Below are positions 1-14,734 of a DNA stretch of 64,000 nucleotides, piece after piece; position 1 is the stretch's first letter; each line of letters opens with the position of its first letter. The translations under genes and the position numbers were made by a program. The notes beneath the pieces were generated by a model. The model worked only from the letters and a program-made list of their open reading frames with translations. It ran no database searches and was not told the origin of the DNA. Where the stretch lies: positions 4,278,001-4,342,000 of the forward strand of contig CM022676.1 of assembly GCA_012295275.1 (NCBI GenBank), given 5' to 3'. This DNA comes from Chrysomallon squamiferum. Lineage: Eukaryota > Animalia > Mollusca.

Positions 1-110
1 CTGTTTCATACACAATATGAACACTAGTCTCATTGGCTCTGCTTATTTATTAATAAACTAAATCCACTCGACTGAATCAGAAAAATACATAATGCAACCT
101 GAGATATAAC
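1..110 (-). promoter_or_regulatory. Family promoter block of a further minus-strand paralog that lies off the left edge
   Basis: Reverse complement (ctgattcagtcgagtggatttagtttattaataaataagcagagccaatgagactagtgttcatattgtgtatgaaacag) matches the CCAAT-containing block found about 200 bp upstream of the plus-strand leader exons (e.g. 5740-5830, 14240-14600). Confidence 0.6.
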
Positions 111-482
111 ATACAGAGTTGTATTTTGAATAGTTAATTCTGCTTAGAATGTTTTTTCTTCTTCTTCGTTTTTTTTTTTTTATTTTATTTTCTTTTTTTT
201 ATTATTAGTTTTTTTTTTATTTTTATTGATGTCCGAGTGTATTTATGTACGTTTATAGATATGTGTGAAGGTGTTTTATCTTTATGTATTTATTTATATT
301 TGCATTTATACAGATATATACATAGACATGTAGTTAAGTATATATGTACGTATGTATATTTCTGTATATGTTATGTATGTATGTGTGTATATGTGTGTGT
401 TTACATACATATAAACATATATAAACAAACATACACGCAGACACACACACATATATATGTATAAATGTTTAAATATATATAT

Positions 483-600
<118 letters not shown>

Positions 601-679
601 TCGGGTATCAATTGCTTATATGTAATATATACATACATATATATACATGATATATGTGTGTGTGTGTGTGTGTGTGTGT

Positions 680-980
680 AAGTAAGTGTGCGTCTGCATT
701 TTTTAATAATTAGAAATCTTTGCTGCAGAATAAAGGGCGGCCATTTTGGTGGCGTAACCTAGGCAACATGGATGTTTGCCAAGTTTTGTTTCTTACGTTG
801 TGACATGACTTGGTCAGTTTTACTCTGGTATGTTGTGACTCTACCACTCTGTTTAAAACCAGTCATGGATGGAAAAAGACGAACAAAAAATTTAACCCAA
901 AACACCTAATACTCTTTCTGTCAAGTCATTGAGTAGCATACTCTCTCTATTGTGTTCGGTTTATACTGGAATATGTGTTT

Positions 981-1064
<84 letters not shown>

Positions 1065-2182
1065 ACTGTTTGTTGTTTTGTTTTGTTATTATTATTTGTT
1101 GTGCTTACTTTATTACATATTTTTATATTGTATTACATTATGTTACATTATGTTACGTTATTCTGTGTGTGTATGTACTGTCATATTACGATACATTATG
1201 TTATCCTATCTTATGTTATGTTATGGTTTCATATTTTGATAAATATATTTCAAGACTTCATGTTGCACAGTTATTACCATTAGTCATCCACAAATGACGT
1301 CGACTCCACATTTGGTAAATGAAACGAGACTAACTCAGATAGAGATAAATAATTTGAATATAAAATACATACCTTGTACGTACAATACACACCCCAGTAA
1401 CACGAATAACTTACAACTCATTTCCAGTATTTTAGTTTTCACTGTCGTTAATGAAAATATATACTGTCTTAGCTATGTTTTTCTCTTTTAAATTCTTCCT
1501 TGTTTTCTTTCCTGTTGATGCGTCACCACGTTTATTTTCTGTTTCGTAAGTAAAACACCCTTTATATTCTTTGTAAAATAGACTGTAATAGACTGTAATC
1601 TGTAATAGACTGGATTCAATCGACTCACTTCTTCAGTCTACGAAAAGACAGTCTACACGAAACTGATTATACTTTGAGATTTTATATTATTATTATTTAA
1701 CGTTAGTGGTATTAGCATACATTTATGTAATAATGCTATGAATTATTGACAATGTTTTAGTTCAGGAATGGGCAAGCTTTTTTCAACAAGCTGGCCACAT
1801 GAGAAATGACTCATCCTCAGTTGGGCTGCTGTTACTAATTTAGGCGATTTTGTGTTTTTACGTAGAGTTAATTTAAGAAATTTTTCATTTTCATTTACTT
1901 CAGGAACTGTTATAAAACTGTTTTTTTATGACTAGTTTAGACGAATTCGTATGAACGACTGCGCATATTGGCGTATGTGTTTATGATACAAGGAAAAGTA
2001 GAAAGATACGGTTTATTTTGTGCTATGTTCTGACTCTACACTCTATTTAAAGCCAGCCATGGATGAAAGGAAACGCACAAAACATATAACCTAAAACACA
2101 AATACTCTTTCTGTCAAGTTATTGAGTAGCATACCCTTTCTATTTTGTTCGGTTCATACTGGAATATGTTTGTATGTGTGTG

Positions 2183-2227
<45 letters not shown>

Positions 2228-2537
2228 TTGAGTGTGTGTGAGTGTGTTTTATTGTTGTTGTTTTGTTATTATTATTGTTATTATTGCTTCCTTACATATT
2301 TTAATATTGTATTACATTATGTTACACATCGTTACGTTGTGTGGTGTACTGTTATGTTATGATACATTTTATTATCCTGTGTTATCTTATGTTATGTTAT
2401 TGTTTGATAAATATATTTCAAGACTTCATGTTACCCAGTTATTACCTTAGTAATGGTGTCGACTCCACCCAGATTTCACAGTTTGTAAATGAAACGAGAT
2501 TAACTCAGATAGAGATAAATAATGTGGATATAAAATA
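680..2537. repeat. Segmental duplicate of about 38570-40297 (same orientation)
   Basis: Long near-identical stretches, e.g. 1270-2170 versus 39037-39937; the ORF track gives almost the same peptides at 1294/39061 and 2232/39995. Confidence 0.9.
1373..1421 (-). CDS. Signal-peptide (leader) exon, 49-nt variant MSCKLFVLLGCVLYVQG
   Basis: ATG, hydrophobic core, phase-1 donor caag|gtatgt; in-frame 9-nt shorter version of the 58-nt family leader. Confidence 0.65.
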
Positions 2538-2737
2538 NNNNNNNNNNNNNNNNNNNNNNNNNNNNNNNNNNNNNNNNNNNNNNNNNNNNNNNNNNNNNNN
2601 NNNNNNNNNNNNNNNNNNNNNNNNNNNNNNNNNNNNNNNNNNNNNNNNNNNNNNNNNNNNNNNNNNNNNNNNNNNNNNNNNNNNNNNNNNNNNNNNNNNN
2701 NNNNNNNNNNNNNNNNNNNNNNNNNNNNNNNNNNNNN
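2538..2737. other. Assembly gap (200 N)
   Basis: Run of N; the cluster orientation changes from minus to plus across it. Confidence 0.99.
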
Positions 2738-2755
2738 AAAACTAAAACACTGGAA

Positions 2756-2813
2756 ATGAGTTGTAAGATATTCTGGGTGTTCGTGTTACTGGGATGTGTA
2801 ATTTACGTACAAG
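2756..2813 (+). pseudogene. Orphan leader exon MSCKIFWVFVLLGCVIYVQG; gene body deleted
   Basis: Intact ATG and donor gtatgt, but the intron is joined at about 2975 directly to sequence that follows the last exon in other units. Confidence 0.7.
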
Positions 2814-4501
2814 GTATGTATTTCATATTGCGTCGAAGTTATGTTTCCTTGACTAATGTTAAAAATATATGCGTAATTATGTGATTTGCATTTTTGAAAC
2901 ATATCTGTATTAAAACACGTGACAATAACATAACATAACATAACAACATGACATAATAACAGAGTGTAAAGTAAATTCTATGTGATGATTTTGTAAAAGT
3001 TAGACGAGGGTTCGGGCGTTCGAATCTTTTATTTTTATTTTTTTTTTATATTGAAATAAACGACTTAGATGGGATTTAAAATGCTTTTGTTTTTTTGAAC
3101 AATGTTTCTGTGTGTGCATGTTTCCTGTTAAGTGTCTTTCTCTGTACTGTTATATTTTATTGGGAATTTTTGCTTATGTAACAAAGACCGAAATGATAGA
3201 AAACGGGTTAAAGGAACTGTGAACAAGCTGTTAGAACGGGAAACAGGACTAGGGTCGTATTGAAGGGAACTGACATAACTACTAAACTAGTGTGTACTAT
3301 TTCTCTGGTGACTATGTCATGTTTCTTTTTCATATAGCAGGTTTCTTTGTGTGTTCGAGATTACAAAGATTTTTTTCGTTGACATAACAAATACATTTTC
3401 CAGTTCTCTGCTATATTTTATTCTTTCCCTTCGTACATAATAAGAAAGTAATGTTTCTCTTTGTCTTTCAAATGCGTTAGTCTGTTTGTGTGTCTTTGTT
3501 TATAACAAGTTTTGTACTTGAACCATTCTTAATTTACACACCTCTCTTTTCGTTTCTATTATTCTCTATTTATCTGTTACTCTGTCTGATTGTTCTTTCT
3601 TTCTTTACTTCCCTGTATCAACACATCCATCCATCTGTCTACGCAATCACTGTCTCTGAATATATAATTACATATGTAAGAACGTATGTCTAACGAAATG
3701 ACACAACATGGGTTAAACGAATTGTGGGCAAGTAGTTAGAACAGGAAAACAGACAAGACACATAATAAAGGGAAGTTACTTAACTACTAAACGTATGGGT
3801 GTGTGTGTTTATATATATATATATATATATATAAACGTATACACATACATAGGTATAGTATACATACACAGAAACAGATATATCTATCTATCTATAGATA
3901 TATATATCTACACACACACACACACTCACATATTCATATGTACATAATATATCAGAATATGACAGTACACTATACAGCCTAACATAGCGCAATGTAAATA
4001 ATTAATATAGTATACAAATATATAATAAAGCAAGCATAATAGTAATAACAAAACAACAACAATAATAACATACAGACACACACACACACACAAAACATAT
4101 ATATATATTCAAACATTACATATACCAAAATAGAACTGACGAGGTCATGTCATTATATGTAATGTTTAAATATATATAGATAGATAGATAGATAGATAGA
4201 TATATATGCGTCATAACATGACTTGGTCAGTTTTATTTTGGGATGTTGTAACTCTACACTATTTATGTGTGTGTGTGTTTGTGAGTTATGTATATATGTT
4301 ATATATATATATATGTAAACACAAACATATACCCACATACATACATATATTCATATTGAGATATATACATACATATATACATACTGAACTAGAGGTATAT
4401 ATATACATATATCTATAAATGGAAATATGGAAATACATACCCCTGTATAGTAAAATATCTTCACAGATACTTATAAACGTATTCAAATACACTTGGACAT
4501 G

Positions 4502-4532
<31 letters not shown>

Positions 4533-4648
4533 AAAAGAACGTATGTCTAACGAAATGACAGAGCATCGGTTAACCGAATTTTGGGTAAGGAGTTAGAACA
4601 GGAAAACAGTCAAGGGAGATAATTATATATAGGTAGATAGATAGATAC

Positions 4649-4724
<76 letters not shown>

Positions 4725-5144
4725 ATAATGTAATACAGTATACAAATATGTAATAAAAGCAAGCATAATAATAACAAAACAAAACCACAACAATAACACA
4801 CACTCACACACACACACTCACACACACATACACACACACAGAGACATATTTCAGTATAAACCGAACACAATAGAAAGAGTATGATACTCAATGACTTGAC
4901 AGAAAGAGTATCATGTATTTTGCGTTAAATTTTTTGTTCGTCTTTTTCCATCCATGACTGGTTTTAAACAGAGTGGTAGAGTTACAACATATACAACAAT
5001 AAAACTGACCAAGTCTTGTCACAAAGTAAGAAACAAACCTTGGGACAAACATCCATGTTGCCTAGGATTACACAATTAAAAATGGCCGCAATTTATGTAT
5101 GCAGCAAAGATTTCTAATTATTAAAAATGCAGACGCACACTTAC

Positions 5145-5181
<37 letters not shown>

Positions 5182-5255
5182 AGGTATGTAAATACACATA
5201 TACAAGCATACACTGATACCCGAACATGCACATATACCACCTACCTGCATATATG

Positions 5256-5291
<36 letters not shown>

Positions 5292-5739
5292 TATATATAT
5301 ATATCTATATATATATATATATATATATTTAAACATTAAATATATGGGTCTGTGTGCCTGTAGGTTTTTTTATATATATGTATATCTATGTATCACAACA
5401 CACACACATATACACAGATTCATACATATATATATATACAGATATATACATACATATATATATATTAACAACATGTATATTTCATATATATATATGCAAA
5501 TACCTAAATATATAACCTGTAAGATAAAATACCTTCACACATCTATATAAATGTACATAAATACAAAACAAATAAATAAATAAAAAAACTAAAACGAAAA
5601 ATATAAATAATACAAAAAAAAAAAATCAAATCAAATCAAATCAAAAGAAAACGAAGAAGAAGAAAAAACATTCTAAGCAGAATTAACTTTTCAAAATACA
5701 ACTCTGTATGTTATATCTCAGGTTGCATTTTGTATTTTT

Positions 5740-5968
5740 CTGATTCAGTCGAGTGGATTTAGTTTATTAATAAATATGCAGAGCCAATGAGACTTTTGGT
5801 CACGTTTTGTTTCACACAGGAAGTAAACGTCATAAGTTACCAGAATAAAGTACAACAAGAAGGCGTCGAAAACTGCTTTTACATTAACAGCAGTAAAATC
5901 GAGAAAGCAGTGAAGAAAAGAAAGTAACTATATTTTTATTAACGGCAGTAAAAACTAAAACACTGGAA
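5740..5968 (+). promoter_or_regulatory. Putative family promoter/5'UTR: CCAAT (5784-5788), ETS-type ACAGGAAGT (5816-5824), CRE-like ACGTCA
   Basis: Block is conserved upstream of the leader ATG in several units (also about 20880, 46260, 52700, 56980). Motif function is inferred from consensus only. Confidence 0.5.
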
Positions 5969-6626
5969 ATGAGTTGTAAGTTATTCTGTGTGTTCGTGTT
6001 ACTGTAATTTACGTACAAGATATGTATTTTATATTCCTCCTAAAAGACAGACGTCTCATAAAGTATAGTATAGCATAAACAACAGAAGACACAGTTGAGC
6101 GCATTTACTAATGACCTGCCGTTTACCTTGAATAATACATGTAATAAATTATAGACTGGTCCGATACAACTAAATACAGAACAAAGAACAAAATTATATA
6201 AAATTAAATTTATTTATAGTTTTATTTGTAGATATATTAATTAAATTTACTAGATAATAATTAGGCTCTCGTTATTGCTTGTATGAACAGTCTGGAGCAT
6301 ACCATTAAATCAGTCAGGGGTGTACAGGATACATGACCTAATAAAGAGGTTTCTCTATCAAGTGGCTTTTCTGCATAACAGTCTGTCTGTCGGTATTTTC
6401 AGCGGGAAACAGTTATTTATACCTGAGTCTATCTCATTTCAATTAGACTAAGTCTAAGTTATATTTCGTTGACTTGTGTGATTTGAATTTTTGAAACACA
6501 TCTGTATTAAAGCATGAGACAATAAGATAAGATAACATAACATTACATTAGGATATGAGAGTCCATAACATGGCGTATCGTAATAATGTAACATAATGAA
6601 ATAAAGTAAAAGTATGGAATAAAGTA

Positions 6627-6691
<65 letters not shown>

Positions 6692-8772
6692 ATAATAATA
6701 ACAATAACAATAATAATAATAATAATAATAATACATAAATAAATAAACAAATAAATAAAAATAACACAAAACTTAACAAGAATGTAATGTAAAAAATGAA
6801 TTTAAATTTATTTGAACTTTTGTTTTTTTTCTCTCTATTTTATTATTTTAAATTTTAGGTCAATATTACAGTTTAACAACATCAGACAGATATGCAATTG
6901 TTGGATCACCTTTTACTTTTACCTGCGAGACAGATTTTCATTTTCTTGAAGTAATTTGGTCTGTGAATAACACAGAATACAGGATGCATGAACGTGGAAG
7001 TAACGGTCAGTGTTATTTTCTTAGTGAACATCCAGAAGAATACACTTTTAACTGTTCAGATGAACTAACACTCTGACAATAAAATCAGTGAAACTCAGTC
7101 AACATGGAACAGTGTGGAGATGTGGTGATTTTAAACCAGGCAGCAATGAAATAAAACTTGAAGTTAGAGGTAAAAATCAGTTTTATTATTATCATCCTAC
7201 AAAATATGTAATGCTAATGATGAAAAATGAAATAAAATCAAGAAATCAGCAAAAATAATAACAAAATAAATATATATTAGTGACATTCATAATAATTATA
7301 ATATCAACAGCAACAACTGAAACACTACACTATCACCATCACTACGACGACAACATCCATAACTAACTACATGAGCAACCCACAGTTTCTACTCTCAGAA
7401 AGAATAAAACAAAAAGATGAAGACATTGATGATGGTGCTGATGATAATAATGATCAGGTTGATAATGTGCTTTTTTCAGGTGGTCCTGGAACATCACTCA
7501 AACTGAATACTTCGTCTGTTGTGACCGCTGTGGAAGAAAGTGACGTCATAGTGTCTTGTTCGGCGACGTGTTTCATCACGTGTAATTATGAATGGAAGGT
7601 CGCAGATGACGTCATAAGTAACACGAGCATTCTGTCATTGGCTGATATTAATAGATCACAGACAGGTCTCTATGTGTGTACGGCTGAAAATCCAGATACG
7701 AACCAAACTGCTAATAAAACACTTCATTTGACTGTACATTGTAAGTAAGAAACTGATTATAGTAAAAATAAACATGATAAAATTATCCAGTAACTTAGTA
7801 TTTGTTAGAGGTGTGTGCTTAAAATATCAGACAATCAATTATAAACGTTTACGTGCGAATATCAAGTCTGTAGAAATGTTTAGATAGACGGACTCCGTCA
7901 ACGTATTAGATCACGTACAGGATGTACGATACGATAATGTTTACGTACGTAACTCATCTTCAGTTTAGCTTCCACGTACAACCCAAGGCTCATTCACGTT
8001 TTTTTTTCCGCTAAGGAACAGAAAATTAACAGACAAGTTTACTATTTCTAGATGATTGTCATGAGACTAGTGTAAGCTTGTACCATACAGAAATTAAAAT
8101 TTATGCACTTTTCTTATAGTATGCCAAACAACAACAACAACAACAATAACAATAACACCAATAACAATAACAATAACAACAATAACAATAACAATAACAA
8201 TACTGATAGTAATAATAACAATAATAGCAACAACAACAACAAAAATGGCGACAGTATTAGCAGATATAGCAAAAGTAATCATGCTCACGACACCATCCAT
8301 ATCAAACAAGACGGGAAAGATTAAACAAAAATATGAAGACAATGATGATGAAGCTGCCGATAATGATGATGATGATGTTGACAACGTTTTTACTTTTATT
8401 TATTTATTTATTTTTTGTTCAGATGGTCCTGGAACATCACTCAAACTAAATACTTCGTCTTTTGTGACTGCTGTGGAAGGAAGTGACGTCACCGTGTCTT
8501 GTTCGGCGACCTGCTTCATCTCGTGCAATTATCAGTGGAAGGTTGCAGATGACGTCATAAGTACAACAAGCATTCTGTCATTGGCTGATATTAATAGATC
8601 ACAGAGAGGTCTCTATGTGTGTACGGTTGAAAATCCAGATACGAACCAAACTGCTAAAAAACACTTCATTTGACTGTACATTGTAAGTAAGAAACTAATT
8701 ATAGTGATGGTGATGATTATAATGATGACGATAAAGCTGATAAAATAGAAAATAAATATTTATTTATTTATG

Positions 8773-8810
<38 letters not shown>

Positions 8811-10416
8811 TTTTTTTTTTTCACAGATGGTCCCGGTAGTTCACTTCGAGTCAATTCTTCATTTGACATCACTGTAGAGGAAGGAAGTGACATAACAATA
8901 TCATGCAAAGCCGAATGCTTTGTCAAATGCCTTTACAGATGGGAACTGACCAATCAGATTGTCAGTAACAACGGACTACTGGCACTGACTAATATCACGA
9001 GATTTCAAGATGGCGTCTACACATGCATTGCTTCTAATCCGGATACGAACCAAACATCACAGACGAAAATTATTCTTAATATTAAGTGTGAGTGGGAGAA
9101 TAAACTAAATGTAACGTTTATATGCTGCGCTGCAGTATATATATATATATATTCACGTCTGTATATATATTTGTATGCTTATATGTGTATAAGTCTGCAT
9201 GAATGTATGTATGTATGTATGTATACGTATTTGTATATGCATCTTTATAAATATATGTACGTATGTATGTGTGTGTGTGCATCTGTATGCAGCATGAGTT
9301 TATGTAGTATGCATCTATGCATGTTTGTTACAGAAATTACTTAGATCATTTAGCAATAGCAAATAAATAATTACCTAGTCTGTGAAGATATATTGATAAT
9401 ATCAAATATACAAATTAAGTAATTATTGAAGACATATACAAATATATTAATTTCAATGTCACATTTTTATTTGTGCTAACGAATTTTCAGGTGCTGTAGA
9501 AGACAACGGACAGTTTGGAAAAGGATTTGGCAGCGGTTTTGGAACGTTCCTTGTTCTGTCTGTTATCATTGTCATTGTCGTTGTTCTCTACGTCCGAAAC
9601 AAAAAAAGTATTTCTTTAATTTTTGTTTGTTTACTTATTTATTTTTGTTTTGTTTGTTTGTTTCTTATTTATTTATTTGTTTGCTTGTTTGTTAGTTTCT
9701 TTCTTTCTTTTTTATTTATTTGCTTACTAATTTGTTTATTTCTTTTTGTTTTACTTTCTATTGTTTATTTATTCATTCATTCATCCATTTGTTTGTTGCT
9801 TCGTTTATTCATTCATTCATTTATTCATTGAATCATGCTATTGCTTGTTTATTGTTTGTATCTTTATTTGTTTCTTTGTTCGTTTATTTCTTTTATTATG
9901 TATTTTATTCAGTTTTACGTAATAGTACAAGGGAGATAAATCTAGTATAATTTACACAATTACCCTGAACAGAGTAACCAAACCTGTTTTCGCGACTAAC
10001 TGGGCATTTCAGACACCTGATAAAGAAAAATGATGTTCAAGCAGAACAAGATTTAATCATGGATTTATTTTAGACAGACATTATACTAAAAATATTTCAC
10101 GATCGGTGCTATTCCCAGTAATGAGGTCTGCAATTACGTAGCACGATTTGATGAGAGGGGTATATTGTATACATAATAATAGCTAGTACTAGTATCACTG
10201 CCACCATCACCAACACCACCACTAACACCACTACTACTACTATAACCACTAGTACTCCTACTAATACATTACTATGTGCATGATGGTGATGATGATATTA
10301 TTATTATTATTACTATTTTTATCATTACTATTTTTATTATTATTATTATTACTATTATTATTATTGTTATTATTATTAATGCTATTCTTTTTCTTCTTCT
10401 TCTTCTTCTTCTTCTT

Positions 10417-10447
<31 letters not shown>

Positions 10448-10762
10448 TTATTATTATTAATATTACAGGTAAGAAGGCAGCTTCTAATCCAGAAAGGTAG
10501 TTTAATTTATATATTTGTACTAATTTTTTTTAGATCTGTAAAATATATTCATGTGTTTACGTACGTCTATATTCATTTATATATTGATGAGTGTATGTAA
10601 TCATGTATCTATGTACGTATGTGCATCTGTCGCAGTGTCTCTATCTGTGTATATATCTATTTATATTTGGATCGGTATATATTTATGTATGTAAAGTATG
10701 TTTGTAATATGGATATATGTATGTAATATATATGTACTAAATATATATATATATATGTATAT

Positions 10763-10827
<65 letters not shown>

Positions 10828-10986
10828 TGTATGGTATATGTATATGTATGTGTGTTTGCATTTCTTTGCTTTTATACAGATTATTACATCAATGTATATG
10901 TAGTATATTTTATTTACATTTGAATTTTCATAATCAGCTCAGATCAACAAGTGTACTACAATGCTGGTCAGAATTCTGGTAAGTTG

Positions 10987-11032
<46 letters not shown>

Positions 11033-11364
11033 GCACGTACATACATACATACATACACACATACATACATACGCACATATATACAGACACACAAACACCT
11101 CACGTATATACATATATGCATACACTCAGACATGTCTATGTACCTACCTACATTCAAAGATTGTTACATGCATTTTAATACACTCAATACATACATGAAC
11201 GCGCTAACAATGTTTATATAAGCCAAAAGATAATTTCATTCCATGTTTCAGATAATCAGACTGCAGCAGCAACAGAACATCAAGATACAGGGAATTCATA
11301 TTCTTCTCTTGAGGAAAGAGGATATGAGGTCCCATATGACGTCATTAAGTTTGAGAACAAATGA
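5969..11364 (+). pseudogene. Unit A: IgSF receptor pseudogene, L-V-I2-I2-I3-TM-cytoplasmic tail with terminal ITAM-like exon
   Basis: Leader 5969-6019 (7-nt deletion gives TAA, donor lost); V 6859-7169 (311 nt, -1 frameshift); I2 7480-7740 intact; second I2 8423-8682 (260 nt, -1 in an A run); I3 8827-9087; TM 9491-9607; tail exons 10469-10496, 10932-10978 (acceptor AG>AT) and 11252-11364 (DNQTAAATEHQDTGNSYSSLEERGYEVPYDVIKFENK*). Confidence 0.85.
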
Positions 11365-13292
11365 GATCCTGTTCATGCATGATAAACAAGGAAACAAGAA
11401 CTGTGTGTTAATCATTCACCTCTTAAGGACACCTTCACGAAAACTTCAAGAATATTAAGTTGTTAACTCAAATACAAAGACTTCAGTTTCTACAGTGAAA
11501 CCAGATTTGAACTGTGTAAATAGCTACCTGTGAGAAATGTTATAAATATTTTAGTGAGTTGCTAATCGCGAATTTTTAATCATTCATTACCATTGTGTGA
11601 GATGTGATCTATGTGAAAACTTCGTGGGATTTCTGACTTAAAATTAAACTATTTACCCACGTATATGTTAATTAAAAGAAACATTTTATCAATCTCAGTA
11701 ACATTGGTCTCAATCTCACATGTTTCATCTTTTAATCTTTTATATTTCCTCAGATGTAAGATCCTTGACGTCATGAAAGTCTCTATTTTCTTGTATAACA
11801 GTAACACGAGAAATGAAATTCCTGGTTGACAATGGCAGAATAAATCTATATTTACAATTTTTTTTTTATACTAACAAGAGTTTCCTTGTCACGGCTTCGT
11901 AAACCATATCTATCCAAACTGTTCCCTTTTTTTTTGGGGGGGGGGGGTCATATTTATATACTCTATTTACATTGAGTAAAGCATAATTCTATGTGATGAT
12001 TTTGCAAAAGTTGGACGAGCGTTCGGGCGTACGAATCGATTTTGTTTGTGTTTTTTTTGTTTTTTTATGTTGAAACAAACGGCTTGGATTGGATTAAAAA
12101 ACTTTTTGTTTTTTTAAACAATGTTTCTATGTGTGCATGTTTCCTGTTAAATGTCTTTCTCTGTACTGTTCGATTTTATTGGGAATTGTTGCTTATGTAA
12201 CAAAAGGCCGAAATGATAGAAAATGGGTTAAAGGAAATATGGGCAAGCTGTTAGATCGGGAAAAAGGACAAGGGACATATGAAGGGAACTGATGTAAGTA
12301 CTAAACTATATTTACAGGGCGTTTTTTTTTATACTAACAAGAGTTTCCTTTCCACGGCTTCGTAAACTATATCTAACCAAGCTGTTCACTTTTTTTGATA
12401 CTTGTGAGTTTTTCACATTTTTATTCTCTATTTACATAATTCTATCTGATGATTTTGTAAAAGTTTGAGAGGGTTCGGGTGTAGGAATCGATTTTTTTCT
12501 TGTTTTTGTTTTTTATATTGAAATATACGGCTTGGATTGGATTTTAAATGCTTTTGTTTTCTTAAACAATGTTTCTGTGTGTCCATATTTCCTTTTAATT
12601 GTGCATTATCTCTACTGTTCGATTTTATTGGGAATTGTTGCTTATGTAAGAAAGACCGAAATTAGAGAAAATGGGTTAAAGGAATTGTGAGCAAGCATTT
12701 TCAATGGGAAACAGCACAAGGGACGGAATGAAATGAACCATGTAAGAACTAAACCAGTGTGTACTATTCCTCTGCTCATTAACTTATCTTTCTTTATCAT
12801 ATTAGCATGTTTGTATCTGTGTTCGTGATCACAAAGATTTTTTTCGTTGACATAATAAATACATTTTCCAGTTCTCTGCTATATTTTATTCTTTCCGTTC
12901 GTACACAATAAGTAAAGTAATGTTTCTCTTTGTCTTTCAAATGTGTTCGTCTGTTTGTGTGTCTTTGTTTATAACAAGCTTTCTCCATCGATTTTTGTAT
13001 TTCAACCATTCTGATTTTTCACACCTCTCTTTTCTTTTCTGTTATTCTCAATTTATCTGTTACTCTGTCTGATTGTTCTTTCTTTCTTTACTTCACTGTA
13101 TCCACACATCCATCCATCTGTCTACCCAATCACTGTCTCTGAATATATAATTACGTATGTAAGAACGTATGTCTAATGAAACGACAGAACATGCGTTAAA
13201 CGAATTCTGGACAAGGAGTTAGAACAGGAAAATAGACAAGGGTCATAATAAAGGGAAGTTACATAACTTGTAAACGTACGTTTGAGTGTGTC

Positions 13293-13343
<51 letters not shown>

Positions 13344-13383
13344 GTTTGTGGGTATGTATACTATACCTATGTATGTGTATATC

Positions 13384-13426
<43 letters not shown>

Positions 13427-13786
13427 GCACAGATATACACACAATAGAAAGAGTATGCTACTCAATGACTTGACAGAAAGAGTGTCCTGTGTTTTAGGTT
13501 ATATCGTTAGTTCGTCTTTTTTCATACATCACTTGTTCTAAACTGAGTGGTAGAGTCCCAACGTACAACAATAAAACTGTCCACGTGATGTAATGACGTA
13601 GGACACAAAACTTGGCAAAGATGTTGTGTAGATCATGTTACTATTCAAAATGGCTGCCCTTTTTCTATGCAGCAAAGATTTCTCTTGATTAAAAATGCAC
13701 ACGCACACTTACTTACATGCACACACACACACAGACACATATAAAAGCATACATTGACACCCGAACATTTACAACCTACCTACATG

Positions 13787-13837
<51 letters not shown>

Positions 13838-13874
13838 CTGTGCGCGTCTATTTTTGTTTATATATGTACATAGA

Positions 13875-13920
<46 letters not shown>

Positions 13921-14258
13921 TTAATGTAAGTAGAAAAACACACACATATGCACACATAGATACATATATACTTAACTACATGTCTACATATATGTGTATA
14001 AATGCACATATGGAAATACATACGCCTGTAAGGTAAAATATCTTCACAGATACTTATAAAGGTACATAAATACACTCGGATATCAGTAAAAAAAATTATA
14101 ATAATAAAAAAAATATTAAAGAAATAAAGAAAAAAGAAAAAAGAAAAAGAAAACGAAGAAGAAGAAATAACACTCTAAGCAGAATTAACTATTAAAAATA
14201 CAACGCTGTATGTTATATCTCAGAGTCCATTATGTATTTTTCTGATTCAGTCGAATGG

Positions 14259-14615
14259 ATAAAGTTTATTAATAAATATGCAGAGGCACTGAGACTAGTG
14301 TTCATATTGTGTATGAAGCAGGATGTAAATCTGCTATGTTACCAGAATAAAGTTTATTAATAAATATGAAGAGCCAATGAGACTAGTGTTCATTTTGTGT
14401 ATGAAGCAGGATGTAAATCTGCTATGTTACCAGGATAAAGTTTATTAATAAATATGCAGAGGCACTGAGACTAGTGTTCATATTGTGTATGAAGCAGGAT
14501 GTAAATCTGCTATGTTACCAGAATAAAGTTTATTAATAAATATGAAGAGCCAATGAGACTAGTGTTCATTTTGTGTATGAAGCAGGAAGGAAACTTGATA
14601 CGTTAGCAGAATAAA
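14259..14615 (+). repeat. 4 x 88-bp tandem repeat of the promoter block (ABAB)
   Basis: aaagtttattaataaatatg recurs at 14261, 14349, 14437 and 14525; units alternate gaggcact / gagccaat. Confidence 0.9.
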
Positions 14616-14734
14616 GTACAAGAAGAAGACGTTGAAAACTGATTTTACATTAGCAGCAGTAAAATCGAGAAAGCAGTGAAGAAAAGAAAGTAACTATATT
14701 TTTATTAATGGCAGTTAAAACTAAGACACTGGAA

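Noticed and set aside
14259-14615. CRISPR-like array
   Set aside because: Head-to-tail 88-bp units with no unique spacers, in eukaryotic DNA.
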